From: Somniosus microcephalus
Taxonomy: Eukaryota
Direction of reading: 5' to 3'
Length of the DNA: 64,000 bases
Assembly: GCA_052327205.1 (NCBI GenBank)
Contig: CM126223.1
Location: 12,462,001-12,526,000, forward strand
Numbering within the stretch: position 1 is the first letter of the stretch; every line of letters begins with the position of its first letter. Shown here piece after piece: positions 35,435 through 48,570 of this stretch. Position numbers and translations under genes: made by a program. The notes under the pieces were generated by a model. That model was given only the letters and a program-made list of their open reading frames with translations. It did not search any database and had not been told where the DNA came from.

Positions 35435-36733
35435 GGCCCAGAAATTCGTGTCGGGGGCTTCCCGCGGGTGCAAGCCCCCAACCTACACTTACCTAGCGCG
35501 CCGGCAGTTGAGGCCTGGGCCTGCGTGGATTTCCTCTCTGTGGCCCGGTCCAGCTCCCGGTGCGCTGTGCTTGCGTGATCCAGCAGCGTAGTTAGTGCGA
35601 TGCGTCCGCTGGGATCACGTGAGCCATGGGCAACCAATCGGAGGAGGGAAAAGCCCATTCATGAGGTTGACAGAAAGAACTGTCAAACTCATGAAAACTC
35701 TGGCCCCCAAAACAGTACTTACCCTTCAAATAAATATTTTAAAAAATCACACTTTTTAAATAAACTATAAATAACATTAAATAACTATTTTAAACAATAA
35801 TTTAAATTTTTGAAAAAGTAATTTTATAAAAAAACGGGGCTAAAAATACACTTACCAGGACCAGCAGGTTCAAGAACAGTTTTTATCCACAGGCAGTGCG
35901 CCTACTGAACTGCTAACTGCACTGCCTCACATATTATAGTCATATTTTCCCCCCACTCGGGAACTGAATATCAAATGAACTGTGAGCGCACAAGAACATT
36001 CTTGATCACTGGACTGTGTGCACATAGGACTCTTGTACCCAACCTTAACTTATAAATTATAACTCATTTGTACATTGCACACTGCATTTTAATTTATATT
36101 TATTTGTTTATATATAAATATATATATTATACTTATACTACCATATACTTATCATATTACATTACTATTACTTCCAGTGGTAATAGAGGCTTTTTTGCAC
36201 TATTCATCATATCCTGCAACTTGGACTGTCATTGCTATACTTTCTGCTTATTTGCCTATTGTTTCTATATTTATACTTGTTTTTACTTTTTGCTTTTTAT
36301 ATTTATATACTTATATTGTGGGAGTGAGTGGGGAGTAAGCATTCCATTGTACCAGTTACATATGGCAATAAAACGATCTTGAATCTTGAATCTTGAATAA
36401 AGTATTTAAAAATAATAAACCTGTGGAAAAAAAATTCTAATTTTAATTAATTGACCACTTAACTTTTAAAATGAAGTCCTTAAGCCTGGTTTTTAAATGT
36501 GTAAAATGTAGAGGCCTTCATGCACGGAAAAACCTGTAAAAAAAAAAGGAAGTTCAACGCGCACGCGCAGACTCCCGCGCACCCGCGTTCGACCTCTGAA
36601 CCCCTTCGTTCAGAGGATCGGAAATGCCGGTTTCCCGTGCATGTGTAGTGCATGCAAGAAACCGGCACTTCCATCAGGTCCATGTGTGAGTATCCCGTGC
36701 GTACTTACGCGTTGGGACCCGAATTTCTGGGCC
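35435..36733. mobile_element. Non-autonomous PHIS (Harbinger/ISL2EU-like) element
   Basis: TIR GGCCCAGAAATTCG / CGAATTTCTGGGCC (17/18 when extended), flanked by AT on both sides. Confidence 0.85.
35854..36397 (+). mobile_element. Rex1/Babar 3' end nested in the DNA element
   Basis: TRTSRFKNSFYPQAVRLLNC*; AATAAA and (TCTTGAA)3 tail. Confidence 0.8.
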
Positions 36734-37204
36734 ATTACATTTATCCACATTAAGTCCATTCTGCCATTCCTTTACACATCTAGTTAATTTATGCACATCC
36801 TTTTCCTGCTTGGGTGTGATTCCTCAGTGCAATGACTGTAATTCCCGGTGTTCCCAATGGGAACTGGCAATTTGAGGAATTCATTAACGCCCTTGATCTC
36901 CACATTCAGGGGACTGTAGTAGATACGATTAATTCTAAGTACGGTCACACTCTGTATTTCAGTTTAATTGCAGTGCGCTTCATAGCACCAGGCTCAACTT
37001 CTCAAAGCTGCAGAAGGGAACTTAAAAAAAATTAATTCTTGGGATATGTGCGTCGCTGCTAAGGCCATCATTTGTTGTCCATCCCTAGATGCCCTTGAGA
37101 AGGTGGTGCAGTCCGTGTGGCGAAGGTGCTCCCACAATCAAGGGAGTTCCAGGATTTTGACCCAGCGACGATGAAGGATCAGCGATATGTATCCAAGTCG
37201 GGAT

Positions 37205-38942
37205 TGTAAGTGGTTTTTGATCCTAGCCCAATTGCTAGACGGACGGTTCGAGTCGCCCCCGCCTTACAAAAGTTCTATACCCGGGAATTATTATTCAGAG
37301 TGTAAATGAAATAAGTCATGGACAGGAATGCTTCAGTGAAAAATCAAACTTTGTAGGTATTCAGGTTCACCTATGTAGGTATTGGACGAATTCCTACTTA
37401 ATAATTGCATTCGACTTCAGGAGAAACAATCAAATAGTTCTTTAATGCAGGAACAGATGAATACAAGCAGGTTGCCGAGATCGGTACAGGAGAGTCATGC
37501 AGTAGGTCTTAACCAGGCGGAGACGCCACGAGGACTGAGTAGGCAGTCCCGTGGATTGCGTGATGACGTCATCGCGTTCTTCCCGTGCTCAGGCAGTCAC
37601 GTGACTTGCGTGATGACGTCATCGCGTTTGCCCGCACTTGGGACGGTCACGTGATGTACGACGTGACGTCATCGCGTTTGCCCGGCACCCGGCACTGCAG
37701 CTGGCCGTTGCGGCCGAAGTCGCAGGAGCGGGAGGCCGAGCTGGGCCGGCGGTTGTCGCGGGAGCGGGAGGCCGAGCTGGGCCGGCGATTGTCGCGGGAG
37801 CGGGAGGCCGAGCTGGGCCGGCTCGCGTTTACCCGCGTCATCGTGTTAGGTCGCGTTCTTAAAGGGGCAACGGCCCGAACATGCAAACTCTATACAAACA
37901 TAGTTAAAGGGAATTATGTACAATAAGTAAGAGACACTCGGTGGTACTGCTACAACTCATATATATTTGGTCTAACATACACTGGCTAAAACATGCACTA
38001 CTAAACGAAATCACTGTCACTGTGGAGAATAAGATCCAGGTTACAAACAACATACATACAGTACACAACTGGGGACTATAACATGCAGTAATTCCCTTGT
38101 TGCCATGGTGGACTCTAACTCCACCCCTACCAACGAATTACCCAGTCGCATAAACCCCTTCGCCTGGCTGAACCAAACGAAGCTTCCACCCCAGAATAGC
38201 CCAAAAGCTTCACTTCTGAGGAAAACCCTGAGCCCTTTACACCTCACCCAGCTTGCCTGGGATATCTGGTTACCGGCTTGGGACACTCGAGACCATGCTT
38301 ACCACCACACACAGTTGGTCTCGATCGCTTCGCTCAGCGGCTTCTTCCTCTGGTACTTCTTGTTAGGTCGATCTTGGTGGAGCGAGAGACAGAAGAGAGA
38401 GAATGGTGGGAAAGAATCTATCTTTATAGGAGTCTGGCTACCCCTATCTTTCCCGCCAATCTTTAAAATCCTTTTGTTTCTAAGCACTCCGGTGCTTGAT
38501 CAGTGATGGGTCATCATTGGACCCATGTGTATTCCGTGATTGGATTAATGGCCCTAAGTCTGGGACATATCTTTCGGTCTTTGTGTTGGGAAAAACTGGC
38601 TCCTCTTCGGCTGGCTGAGGCTAGTGGGTTCATTGTTCTGCTTCTCTTCTGAGATGGAGGTGAGAAGTGCTTTTGCATGTTAGAGTGGCTTTCTAATAAG
38701 TTCAAGTTCAATGGCCCCCTTCCTTTTCCCAGGACTGTCGGGCGAACCCATACATTCTGGATGACTGACAGTTCTTTTGTCACAGCCAACTGCCATGCGT
38801 TCTCTGGAGTTTTAACAAACCAGTCCCCCACGTATCTGCACAGGGCGATCCCACCACAGGGAAAACACCCTCAGCCCATAAAATCCACAAAAATATTCTC
38901 GACTGAGTCCATTCTTCAAACAGAGGCTTTGCGATCTCTTCA
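37205..38942 (-). mobile_element. Long solo-LTR-like insertion (~1.19 kb excluding the nested LTR) within a CR1-like 3' end
   Basis: TG...CA ends; the host sequence CAAGTCGGGAT|GGTGTG rejoins; 4-bp TSD GGAT/GGGT (one mismatch); TATAAA on the minus strand near 38425. Confidence 0.7.
37352..37896 (-). mobile_element. Nested Gypsy-type solo LTR with tandem regulatory-like repeats
   Basis: TGT...ACA, TSD AACTT/AACAT; CCTTTAAG near its 5' end and a U5 resembling other LTRs here; 3x50-bp and 3x36-bp internal repeats. Confidence 0.7.
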
Positions 38943-39076
38943 GGGTGGTGTGTGGCTGGGAGGGGAACCTGGAGCTGTTGGTGTTCCCATGTACCTGCTG
39001 CCCTTGTCCTTCCAGTTTGTGGAGGCTGTGGGTTTGGGTGGTGACCGATCTTATGCAGTGAACGCTAGTCACACGT

Positions 39077-39420
39077 AGAAACATAGAAACATAGAAGATA
39101 GGAGCAGGAGTAGGCCATTCGGCCCCTCGAGCCTGCTCCGCCATTCAATGAGATCATGGCTGATCATCCAAATTCAGTACCCTGTTCCTGCCTTCTCCCC
39201 ATATCCCTTGATCCCTTTAGCCTCAAGAAATATATCCAACGCCTTCTTGAATATATTTAATGAATTGGCCTCAACTGCCCTGTGTGGTAGAGAATTCCAC
39301 AGGTTCACCACTCTCTGGGTGAAGAAATTCCTCCTCATCTCAGTCCTAAATGGCTTACCCCTTATCCTTAGACTGTGACCCCTGGTTCTGGACTCCCCCG
39401 CCATCGGGAACATCCTTTCT
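39077..39420 (-). mobile_element. Young CR1 3' end
   Basis: SRTRGHSLRIRGKPFRTEMRRNFFTQRV; (CTATGTTT)n tail. Confidence 0.9.
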
Positions 39421-40469
39421 GTAGCACTTCAATATCATGACTGAGCTGGCATCCTATCACCCTGATCTGAAACACAATTTCAACTATAATGTGTTCCGTG
39501 TTAGTCAAGAAGCAGAAATGCGATTGATATTTTGCATTGATGCATGAAGTCTGATTAGATATAACCCACATACGGACTAACAGTATATTCATAACAGAAA
39601 TTGCTCAGACTAAAAGTTTATTGCACAAAATCTCCCAGCGATGTCTAATATTCATCATAGTGAGTCATGAAATGAGATGAGATGGCTGCATCATTTTGTC
39701 ATAACATTTGTGCAATACTTCGCCTTTGAGGCTGCAACTATAATTTTAACACAAAAAGCTCCGCGAGGCGCTGAAGAGATTTAGTGGTGGGTTCAATTAA
39801 AAGGGAAATCAATGTAATTAAATAGAGGAGTTCTAGGAATATAGCCAGCCCCGGCATTAACAGGTGTTAACGATAATTTAAGATGCCAGGACCTATAGTA
39901 ATTGAGACAGAGGATGGCTTTCACTGTAACTCAGTCCTGAATTCAACATGAGGCTGGTGGGAGGGGGATCATCCTTCCATCACACTCCTCCTCTTCTCCT
40001 TCTCAATAACCCAATGTTTCACGTTGGCTGGAAAGGGCCAGTTTAACTAGCTTCCATCAGATGTGCGGAGAGGTAGAGCAAAAATATTTGACCTTTCTGC
40101 ATCTCCCCTTCAAGCCCTTCTTTAGCACGGTGACCGGTGCTCTCGATCCTGGGGATGGGCAATGGCTTTGTCCCATAGGTTTGGGACAGTGAAAGCCAAC
40201 TACAGGGGCAAATTACCAAATCAGTGATTTCATTTTGGAGCAGAAGATAAAGTATAGGCAGTTTGCCCAATGTTGCTGTTACTTATGATGGTCGTCGGGA
40301 TCATTACTTGGTGCCCTTCACTTTACTCTTGAGTGTTATAGATTGGTGGGTGCAAGTTTATTCCTCCCCCCACCCCCCATTGTAAACTCATGTTTAGTGA
40401 GTTTCTGATTTCAGGCAGCTGGTCTGGTAGAGAAGCTGAGCTTCCATGGAAGGAAACAGCTTGACAGAC

Positions 40470-41000
40470 CGATGAACTTTCACCTTTTGAAAGAAAGACC
40501 TCAGGATGTCCCAAAGCACTTTATACCTGATGAAGTGCACTCGCTGTTGGCTAACGTAGGAAATGCAGCAGCCAATTGTGCAGTGTTTCCCTCAGTACAG
40601 GAAACTCTTTTTTATCCGGCACCGACAGGACCGGCGTGGTGCCGGTTTATCAAAAAGTCTGGATTACAGAGAGGTATAGTAAAAGGTATGAGAGCTCTGT
40701 ACACGGCCACAGATCCAGGCGTCCCTGTTGCATGGCAACAGGTGCAGGAACCCCGGTTACACGGCCACAGATCCAGGAACGGCCACTAATATGAAGTAAA
40801 ACTTACCTGAACCTACTCCTGAATTTTGCCAGTTAACAGAGATTTCCGGTTATTTAGGTGCCGGTAAATCAAGAGTTTCCTGTACTATACCGTGGTGTGG
40901 TATTAGCCTAGGTTATTGTGCTCAAGTCTCTGGGGTGGGACTATGAACCCACAACATTCTGACTCTGAGGCGAGGGTGCTACCAACTGAACCACAGCTGA
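40470..41000 (-). mobile_element. Deu-domain SINE interrupted by a MITE
   Basis: SINE sequence CCCTCAGTA|CT resumes after the MITE. Confidence 0.7.
40598..40882. mobile_element. Tc1/pogo (Tigger-like) MITE, copy 2
   Basis: TA|CAGGAAACTCTT ... AAGAGTTTCCTG|TA, perfect 12-bp TIR. Confidence 0.88.
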
Positions 41001-41417
41001 CTATGAATGAGCCAGCTGCAAGAATTTGCTTAGGAAGGCCTGCGTGATGTGTAGCAGAAACCAACAGGAAGTAAAGTCATTGAGTTGAGAAGCAAACATC
41101 ATTAAAACTACAGAGACTCTCGCTGAATAAGTGTTCACGAACTAAGGAAAATGATGAGCTGCTTTGCAAACCGTTAAATGTCACGGCAGTTGTTGCTGAT
41201 ATTCAAATCAACTCCAATGCAAATGTCTGTCTACAAGTTTTGTTTACAATATTCTCAGTTCTCCTCCTATTTATTTCCATGACTTCATGTCTACATATAG
41301 GGCTCATTCAAATTGTTTAAATAAAAAAATTTCCAACATTAAATTCTTAAGTTTTTTCTCAGGTGGCAAATGATTAAAAATAAAAATGTCCTTTGTTTCC
41401 TTACAAAAGGAAGGTGT

Positions 41418-42125
41418 CAGCCATGGCTCAGCGGGTAGCAGTCTTGTCTCTGAGTCAGAAGGTTGTGGGTTCAAAGTCCCACTCCAGAGACTAGAGCACT
41501 GAATCCAGGCTGACACTCCAGTGCAGTGCTGAGGGAGTGCTGCACTGTCAGAGGAGCCGGTTATTGGATAAGATGTTAAACCGAGGCCCCGTCTGCTCTC
41601 TCAGGTGAATGTAAAAGATCCCATGGCACTATTTGAAGAAGAGCAGGGGGAGTTATCCCCGGTGTCCTGGCCAATATTTATCCCTCAATCAACATCACAA
41701 AAAACCATTACCTGGTCATTTATCACATTGCTGTTCGTGGAGCCTTACTATGCACAAATTAGGTGCCGTGCTTCCTACATTGCAACAGCACTGTGAAGTG
41801 CTGTGTGACATCCTGAGGTTGTGAAAAGCATGTGATGAAATATTCCATTCATCACTGCCTGTGACTGTGGTTGGTTTCAGGTCTCAGTTCCGTCTCCTCA
41901 CCATTGTATTGTATATTGTAATGTATTGTGTGTAGGGCTCCGCCCATACCTGGCCCCTATGTAAGCAAGCTCAGTCTGGCCTCATATCCAGTACTGCAGA
42001 CCTCCAGATGGAAGATACCTCTCTCCACTGCGTGTTACCTTCTAAGTTAATAAAAGCCTTGTTTTGTTTCGCTAACATCGAGTCTCGGAATTATTGAGGC
42101 ACATCAAAGCATTATATAAATACAA
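41418..42125 (+). mobile_element. Deu-domain SINE with a solo LTR in its tail
   Basis: Full head and core; tail resumes after 42106. Confidence 0.8.
41831..42106 (+). mobile_element. Solo LTR (276 bp)
   Basis: TG...CA, TSD AAGCA on both sides, AATAAA near 42050. Confidence 0.85.
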
Positions 42126-42127
42126 AA

Positions 42128-42800
42128 TCTTTGAAGGTAGCAGGACAAGTTGATAAAGCTGTTAAAAAAGCATATGGGATCCTTGGTTTTATATATAGAG
42201 GTATATAGAGTGCAAAAGCAGGGATGTGATGGTAAACCTTTATAAATCACTGGTTAGGCCTCAGCTGGAGTATTGTGTCCAATTCTGGGCACCGCACTTT
42301 AGAAAGGATGTCAAGGTCTTAGAGCGGGTGCAGAGGCAATTTACTAGAATGGTACCAGAGAGTGACTTCAGTTAAGTGGAGAGACTGGAGAAGCTGGGAT
42401 TGTTCTCCTTAGAGCAGAGGTGGTTAAGGGGAGAGTTAATAGAGGTGTTCAAAATGATGAGGGGTTTTGATAGTAGTAGATAGAGAGAAACTGTTTCCAG
42501 TGGCAGAAGGGTCAGTAGGACACAGATTTAAGATAATTGGTAAAAAATCTAGGAGAATTTTGTTTACGCAGCGAGTTGATGTGATCTGGAATGCACTGTC
42601 TGAAAGGGCGGCGGAAGCAGATTCAATAGTAACTATTAAAAGAGGAGTGAATCTGTGCTTAAAAAAGAAAATGTGTAGGGCTATGAGGAAGGAGCAGGGG
42701 AGTGGGACCAATTGGAGAGCTCTTTTCAAAGAGCCGGCACAGGCACAATGGGCCGAATGGCCTCCTCCTGTGCGGCACAATTCTGTGAACTATGATTCTA
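42128..42800 (+). mobile_element. CR1 3' fragment
   Basis: [19 protein letters not shown]..., LFTQRVDVIWNAL. Confidence 0.88.
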
Positions 42801-43374
42801 TAAGTCCTTTCCTTTAAAAATTGGGACCTATGTCCACTGGATTGGTTACGTCAGCATGCATATTGCTTGCTGTATGTGCTGTACCCCCACACTGATAGAC
42901 AGCTCATCAATCAAGGGCTGCTTTAGATGACACACCAAGGCATTGTGTAATAAAAGCAAGAGTGTAACTATTCCCCCATTCATAATTTCCCAACAACTTT
43001 TATTATCCCACCATCATACTGGCAGGTAAGTGACCAGCTGCCCAAAAATAATCATAGGTTCTTCAATTTTACTGTTAATTTAGCAACAACTAGCATGGGA
43101 TTAAGTGAGAGCCTGATGATGGGCCCCATTAAAGTGGTGTCCCTGAACGGTGTAAATTATTAGGGGTTGTCATTTAGTTTAACTGTACCTCTTGCTTGTT
43201 TTCTCCACTTTTAGTAAAGTTCAAACTAAAAATGGTTCCATTTTTTTTTTGTTTTCTCCAAATTGACCTAATTTTTGGGACTCAATGGTCTCCAGATTCC
43301 TTCTTCTTTTGTCACATTACATGTCTTCCAATCACATTGGCAGGCTTTCAATTTCTGCCTTGGACTTGGAGAAG

Positions 43375-43700
43375 GCCTCGGGCGACTGTCTGTGTGGAGT
43401 TTGCACATTCTCCCCGTGTTTGCGTGGGTTTTCTCCGGGTGCTCCGGTTTCCTCCCACAGTCCAAAGATGTGCGGGTTAGGTTGATTGGCTATGATAAAT
43501 TTGACCCTTAGTGTTAGGGGGATTAAATACGTGGGGTTACGGGGATAGGGTGGGATATGTGTTGGTGTAGGGGTTACGGGGATCGGGTGGGATATGTGTT
43601 GGTGTAGGGGTTACAGGGATCGGGTGGGATATGTGTCGGTGCAGGCTCGATGGGCCAAAATGGCCTCTATCTGCACTGTGGGGTTTCTGTGATTTCTGTG
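43375..43700 (+). mobile_element. HE1 SINE, 5'-truncated, with an extra internal 38-bp repeat
   Basis: V core plus three GGGGTTAC..GGATATGTGT units. Confidence 0.88.
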
Positions 43701-44102
43701 ATCTGTGAAGTTGAACTTTGCCGTTCTCGACCTATTCTCTCCAGTATTTACAGGGTTGAACAAGGTCTGTGTCTACAGAAGCCTCGGTCTCATATATCCC
43801 CATCTAGAAAACCAACACAAGCTGACAACAAACCCCCAAAAAGCTGGCAACTCAAGAACGACTCTGCCACCTGAAAACAAGTAATTATACAGGCTTTGTA
43901 ACCTAGACTGTAGGCACAGACAGCACTTATTTAAAATGGTAAATGGATTTGATAGGGCAGATACAGAGAACTATTTCCTCTGGTGGGGGAATCCAGAACA
44001 AGGGGGACGCAATCTTAAAATTAGAGCCAGGCCGTTTAGGAGGGAATTCTGGTTGGACTTTTTCACACATGGGGTAAATGGAGGTGGGAGCACCTTCACC
44101 AC

Positions 44103-44312
44103 ACAGAATCACAGAATCACAGAAACCCCACAGTGCAGATAGAGGCCTTTCGGCCCATCGAGCCTGCACCGACACATATCCCACCCGATCCCCGTAACCC
44201 CTACACCAACACATATCCCACCCGATCCCCGTAACCCCACGTATTTAATCCCCCTAACACTAAGGGTTAATTTATCATAGCCAATCAACCTAACCCGCAC
44301 ATCTTTGGACTG
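44103..44312 (-). mobile_element. HE1 SINE 3' half inserted in a CR1-like 3' UTR
   Basis: (AGAATCAC)n tail on the plus strand; 5' junction at the GGACTG microhomology. Confidence 0.85.
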
Positions 44313-45111
44313 CAGTGGTTCAAGAAGGTGGCTCACCACCACCTCCTCAAGGGCAATTAGGGATGTGGAATAAATGCTGGCCTTGCCAGCGATGCCCACA
44401 TCCCATGAACGAATTAAAAAAAAGGTGAGGTTCAGATCAGCCATGATCTGATTGAATGGTGGAGCAGACTCGAGGGGCTGAATGGCCTCCTCCTGTTCCA
44501 TGACATGGCAACCAAGTACCCAAAGTGACTACTGCAGCTTGGAACGTATTCTGGTTACACCAGCGGCGGCGAGACATTTTTTTTTGAGTGCTTATTATTA
44601 TAGAGCCAATGGGATGTGTATAAAAAGCTGTATAATGCTTCGAAATGACTTAGGCCAGCCCAGACTTTCCTACGCTCTTCATGTTGTGCTGGTGCTCTGG
44701 ATTTTGTTTATCTTCCACTGGGTTAAAAGCTCTAGATTTGCCAGTCTCAGCTCAATCAGACCGATGATTTCCTGTCTCTTTGCCTTAGGACTTTCTAGTA
44801 AATGGCAATTCTATTTGTTTTCTAGCTCTGGATCTTTATTCTGACCTCCGCTGAGTGGTAGCGCACTTGTCTCTGAATCAGAAGGTCATGACTTCGAACC
44901 CCACTCCAGTATTTGAGCAAATAATCTGGGTTGACACCCCCAGCGCAGTACTGAGGGAGTGCTGCACTGTCGGAGGCGCCGTCTTTCAGGCGACAAGTTA
45001 AACCGAGGCCTCGTCTGCTCTCTCAAGTGGATGTAAAAGATCCCTGCTGCCTGTTACTGAGTCAGTTGTCAGTGGTTCTCCTCCTTCCTACTCCCTCGGA
45101 CCGTTTACATT

Positions 45112-45737
45112 ATTTTTTTTATTTGTTCATGGGATGTGGGCGTCGCTGGCAAGGCCAGCATTTATTGCCCATCCCTAATTGCCCTTGAGAAGGTGGTGGT
45201 GAGTCATCTCCCTGAACCGCTGCAGTCCGTGTGGTAAAGTTACTCTCACAGTGCTGTTAGGGAGGGAGTTCCATGATTTTGACCCAGCGACGATGAAGGA
45301 ACAGCGATATATTTCCACGTCAGGATGGTGTGTAACTTGGAGGTGGTGGTGTTCCCAGGCGCCTGCTGTCCTTGTCCTTCTAGGTGGTAGAAGTCACAGG
45401 TTTGGGAGGTGCTGCCAAAGAAGCCTTGGCGAGTTGCTGCAGTGCATCTTGTAGATGGTGCACACTGCAGCCACGGTACGCTGGTGGTGGAGGGAGTGAA
45501 TGTTTAAGGTGGTGGATGGGGTGCCAATCACTTTCCTGCACTATCCCCATATCCCTTGATTCCCTTAATATCCAAAAATCTATCGATCTCTGTCTTGAAT
45601 ATACTCAATAACTGAGCCTCCACAGCCCTCTGGGGTAGAGAGTTCCAAAGATTCACCACCCTCTGAGTGAAAAAGTTTCTCGTCATCTTGGTCCTAAATG
45701 GCCGACCTGCTATTCTGAGACTGTGACCCCTGGTTCT
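45112..45737 (-). mobile_element. Adjacent 3' fragments of two CR1-type families
   Basis: 45112-45528 matches the 19-21 kb family; 45529-45737 encodes TRGHSLRIAGRPFRT. Confidence 0.8.
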
Positions 45738-46739
45738 ATTGAAACCCCGGCCTCCCACACCACTCTTTCAGCCACGTATTTAACCTTCTAACCTGCTTGT
45801 CCTTATGCCAATTTAAGCATTGCAGGCACCAAGGAGCCAGGACACACAATCAATACAAGGACAACTGAGAGTGATGCCGTCATCCGTGCAGTCGTGTTTT
45901 TGAAAGGCTCTTAAAAATAATTTTGGAATCATTGAGGAACTTAGAGTACTTTTCCTAACATCTATCATTTTGTTTTGGGTCTCCCCAGTCTGATTTGTTT
46001 ACTGTCTGTAGTCTGGTGGAAAATTTGTGTTTTTGTTGTTTCTTTGGTCCCAGCAGATGGCTCCTGAGCTCACCTCCGGCCTTTCTGTTCCCAACTCACC
46101 TGTTGGATGGACCCTGCCCATTCCTCGTCACCTTCTTCAAATATTGACCCACTTCCCTGTTAGTAACTATTGAGGATTGTGCTTCCACTGCAGGTCCTGG
46201 TCGTGCACTCCCTGTCCCAACAATCCTCTGTAAAAAAACAATGGGAATGTATTAAAAAAATCTAACTTCTCCCTTCATCTTTTTGATACCCTTCTAGTTA
46301 GCGACTCACCGACCAGTGTTTTTTTTTCCAATTTACCTTCTCATCAGGTCTCCTCTTAACCTTCTTTATTCTAATGTTACGAGCTCCAGTTTCTGTTATT
46401 TTTCCTCATAATTAAAGCCTCTCATCCCTGGGCTCACCTTAGGGAATCTCTTCTGCACCCTCTCAATGACCTTGATGTCTTTCCTTAAATAGGGCTCCCG
46501 AAACTGGACACAGTATTCGAACTGTAGCCCAACCAGTGATTTGTATAAGCTTAGCATTTCCTCTTTGCCTTTGCTCTATGCCCCTACTTATAAAACCTAA
46601 GCTCTCATGTTATCGACTTAAATTTATCCCTCAATCAACATAACAAAAACAGATTATTTGGTCATTATCACATTGCTGTTTGTGGGAGCTTGCTGTGCGC
46701 AAATTGTCTGCCATGTTTCCCACATTACAACAGTGACGA

Positions 46740-47503
46740 CACTCATCTCAGTCCTAAATGGCCGACCCCTTATTCTGAGACTGTGACCCCTGGTTCTAGA
46801 CTCCTCAGCCAGGGGAAACATCCTCCCTGCATCTACCCTGTCAAGCCCTGTAAGAATGTTGTATGTTTCAATGAGATCACCTCTCATTCTTCTAAACTCT
46901 AGAGAATATAGGTCTAGTCTACTTAATCTCTCCTCAAAGGACAATCCCCCCATCCCAGGAATCAGTCTGGTGAATCTTTGTTCCACTCACTCTATGACAA
47001 GTATATTGTTCCTTAGGTAAGGAGACCAAAACTGTACACAATACTCCAAGTGTGGTCTCACCAGGGCCCTATATAATTGCAGTAAGACGTCTTTACTCTT
47101 GTACTCAAATCCTCTTGTAATAAAGGCCAACATACCATTTGCTTTCCTAATTGCTTGCTGTACCTTCATGTTAACTTTCAGTGATTCGTGTACAAGGACA
47201 CCCAGGTCCCTCTGAACACCAACATTTCCCAATCTCTCACCATTTAAAAAATACTCTGCTTTTCTATTTTTCCTACCAAAGTGGATAACTTCACATTTCT
47301 CCACATTATATTCCATTTGCGATGTTCTTGCCCACTCACTTAGCCTGTCTATATCCCCTTGAAGCCTCCTTGCATCCTCCTCACAACTTACAGTCCCACC
47401 CAGCTCTGTATCATCAGCAAACTTGGATATATTACATTTGGTCCCCTCATCCAGATCATTGATGTAGATTGTGAATAGCTGAGGCCCAAGCACTGGTCCT
47501 TGC
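46740..47503 (-). mobile_element. CR1 RT fragment
   Basis: [38 protein letters not shown]. Confidence 0.92.
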
Positions 47504-48570
47504 AGTCAGGTACGATCTTTGACTGCACCTCACTTTTTTTAACCTAATTTAGACAAAAATAATTCTCGGGGCTGTGGGCGTCGCTGGCAAGGCCGGCGTT
47601 TATTGCCCATCCCCTAGTAGCCCTTGAGAATGTGGAGGTGGACCCTCTTCCTGAACCGCTGCAGTCCGTGTGGTGCAGGTACTCCCACAGTGCTGTTCGG
47701 TAGGTTTGACCCAGCGACCAATTGTAATGGAAGAATGGGTGGAGGATTAGATCAGCGATGAAGTGACAGGTAAGTTGGAGCAGAGTTATGTGATGCTCTT
47801 GTAAAGGTGGTTGGCCCCAATGCAGGGAACCAGCAAAAGCTCAGCAATAGCTTCAATTGTGTTGACACACCCGAACAGGTGACCACTGGAGAACGCCCCT
47901 GATCGGTGAAAACAAGCCGTTACATGGTCGCTGCAGCGTGGGCAGTAGGTATACTCAACGGGAGAGTTCACTGACACTGGCTGCACAGCTGAAAGTGTCA
48001 CACCTCAGGGCATCACACGTCTAAAGGGCAAAATTGCCAATTGACTGAAAATGAGAATTTACTTGTTCAGTCACCAATCAATTGTTTAATTCATTTATCC
48101 TGAATTAAGCAGTTTGAGTCAGTTGTTAAGTAAGAATAAGGAACGAGTCAGCAGTAAGTTGATTGATTTATAACAAACAACTACCAACAGCAAACTAGCA
48201 AGTAGCAGGAAATGACTAAACACATTGCTAAACAATAATTTTGTGATGTCAGTTTGAGCAGCCATCTTGAATTTTTCACCTACCTGGAAGTTTGCTGGTA
48301 AAAGTCATAGTTATATCATAAGAAACCCGCCAAAAAATTAAACAATTTGGAATAAAATGCTCATATTTACTCTTAAAGTTGTGTATTTTGAGTTGTAACT
48401 ATTATGTCCGTGTATAATTGAGACACGGACTCCAGGAGTTGATTATAACAAGTCTTTACTGAATGGAGACAACCTGGAAACTGAAAACTACAGAAGCCTG
48501 CTAGGGCCTTTTATACAGGGGTGGTCACTGCCGGTACTGCAGTCTGAGACCAGTTATTCCCTTAAAGGTA

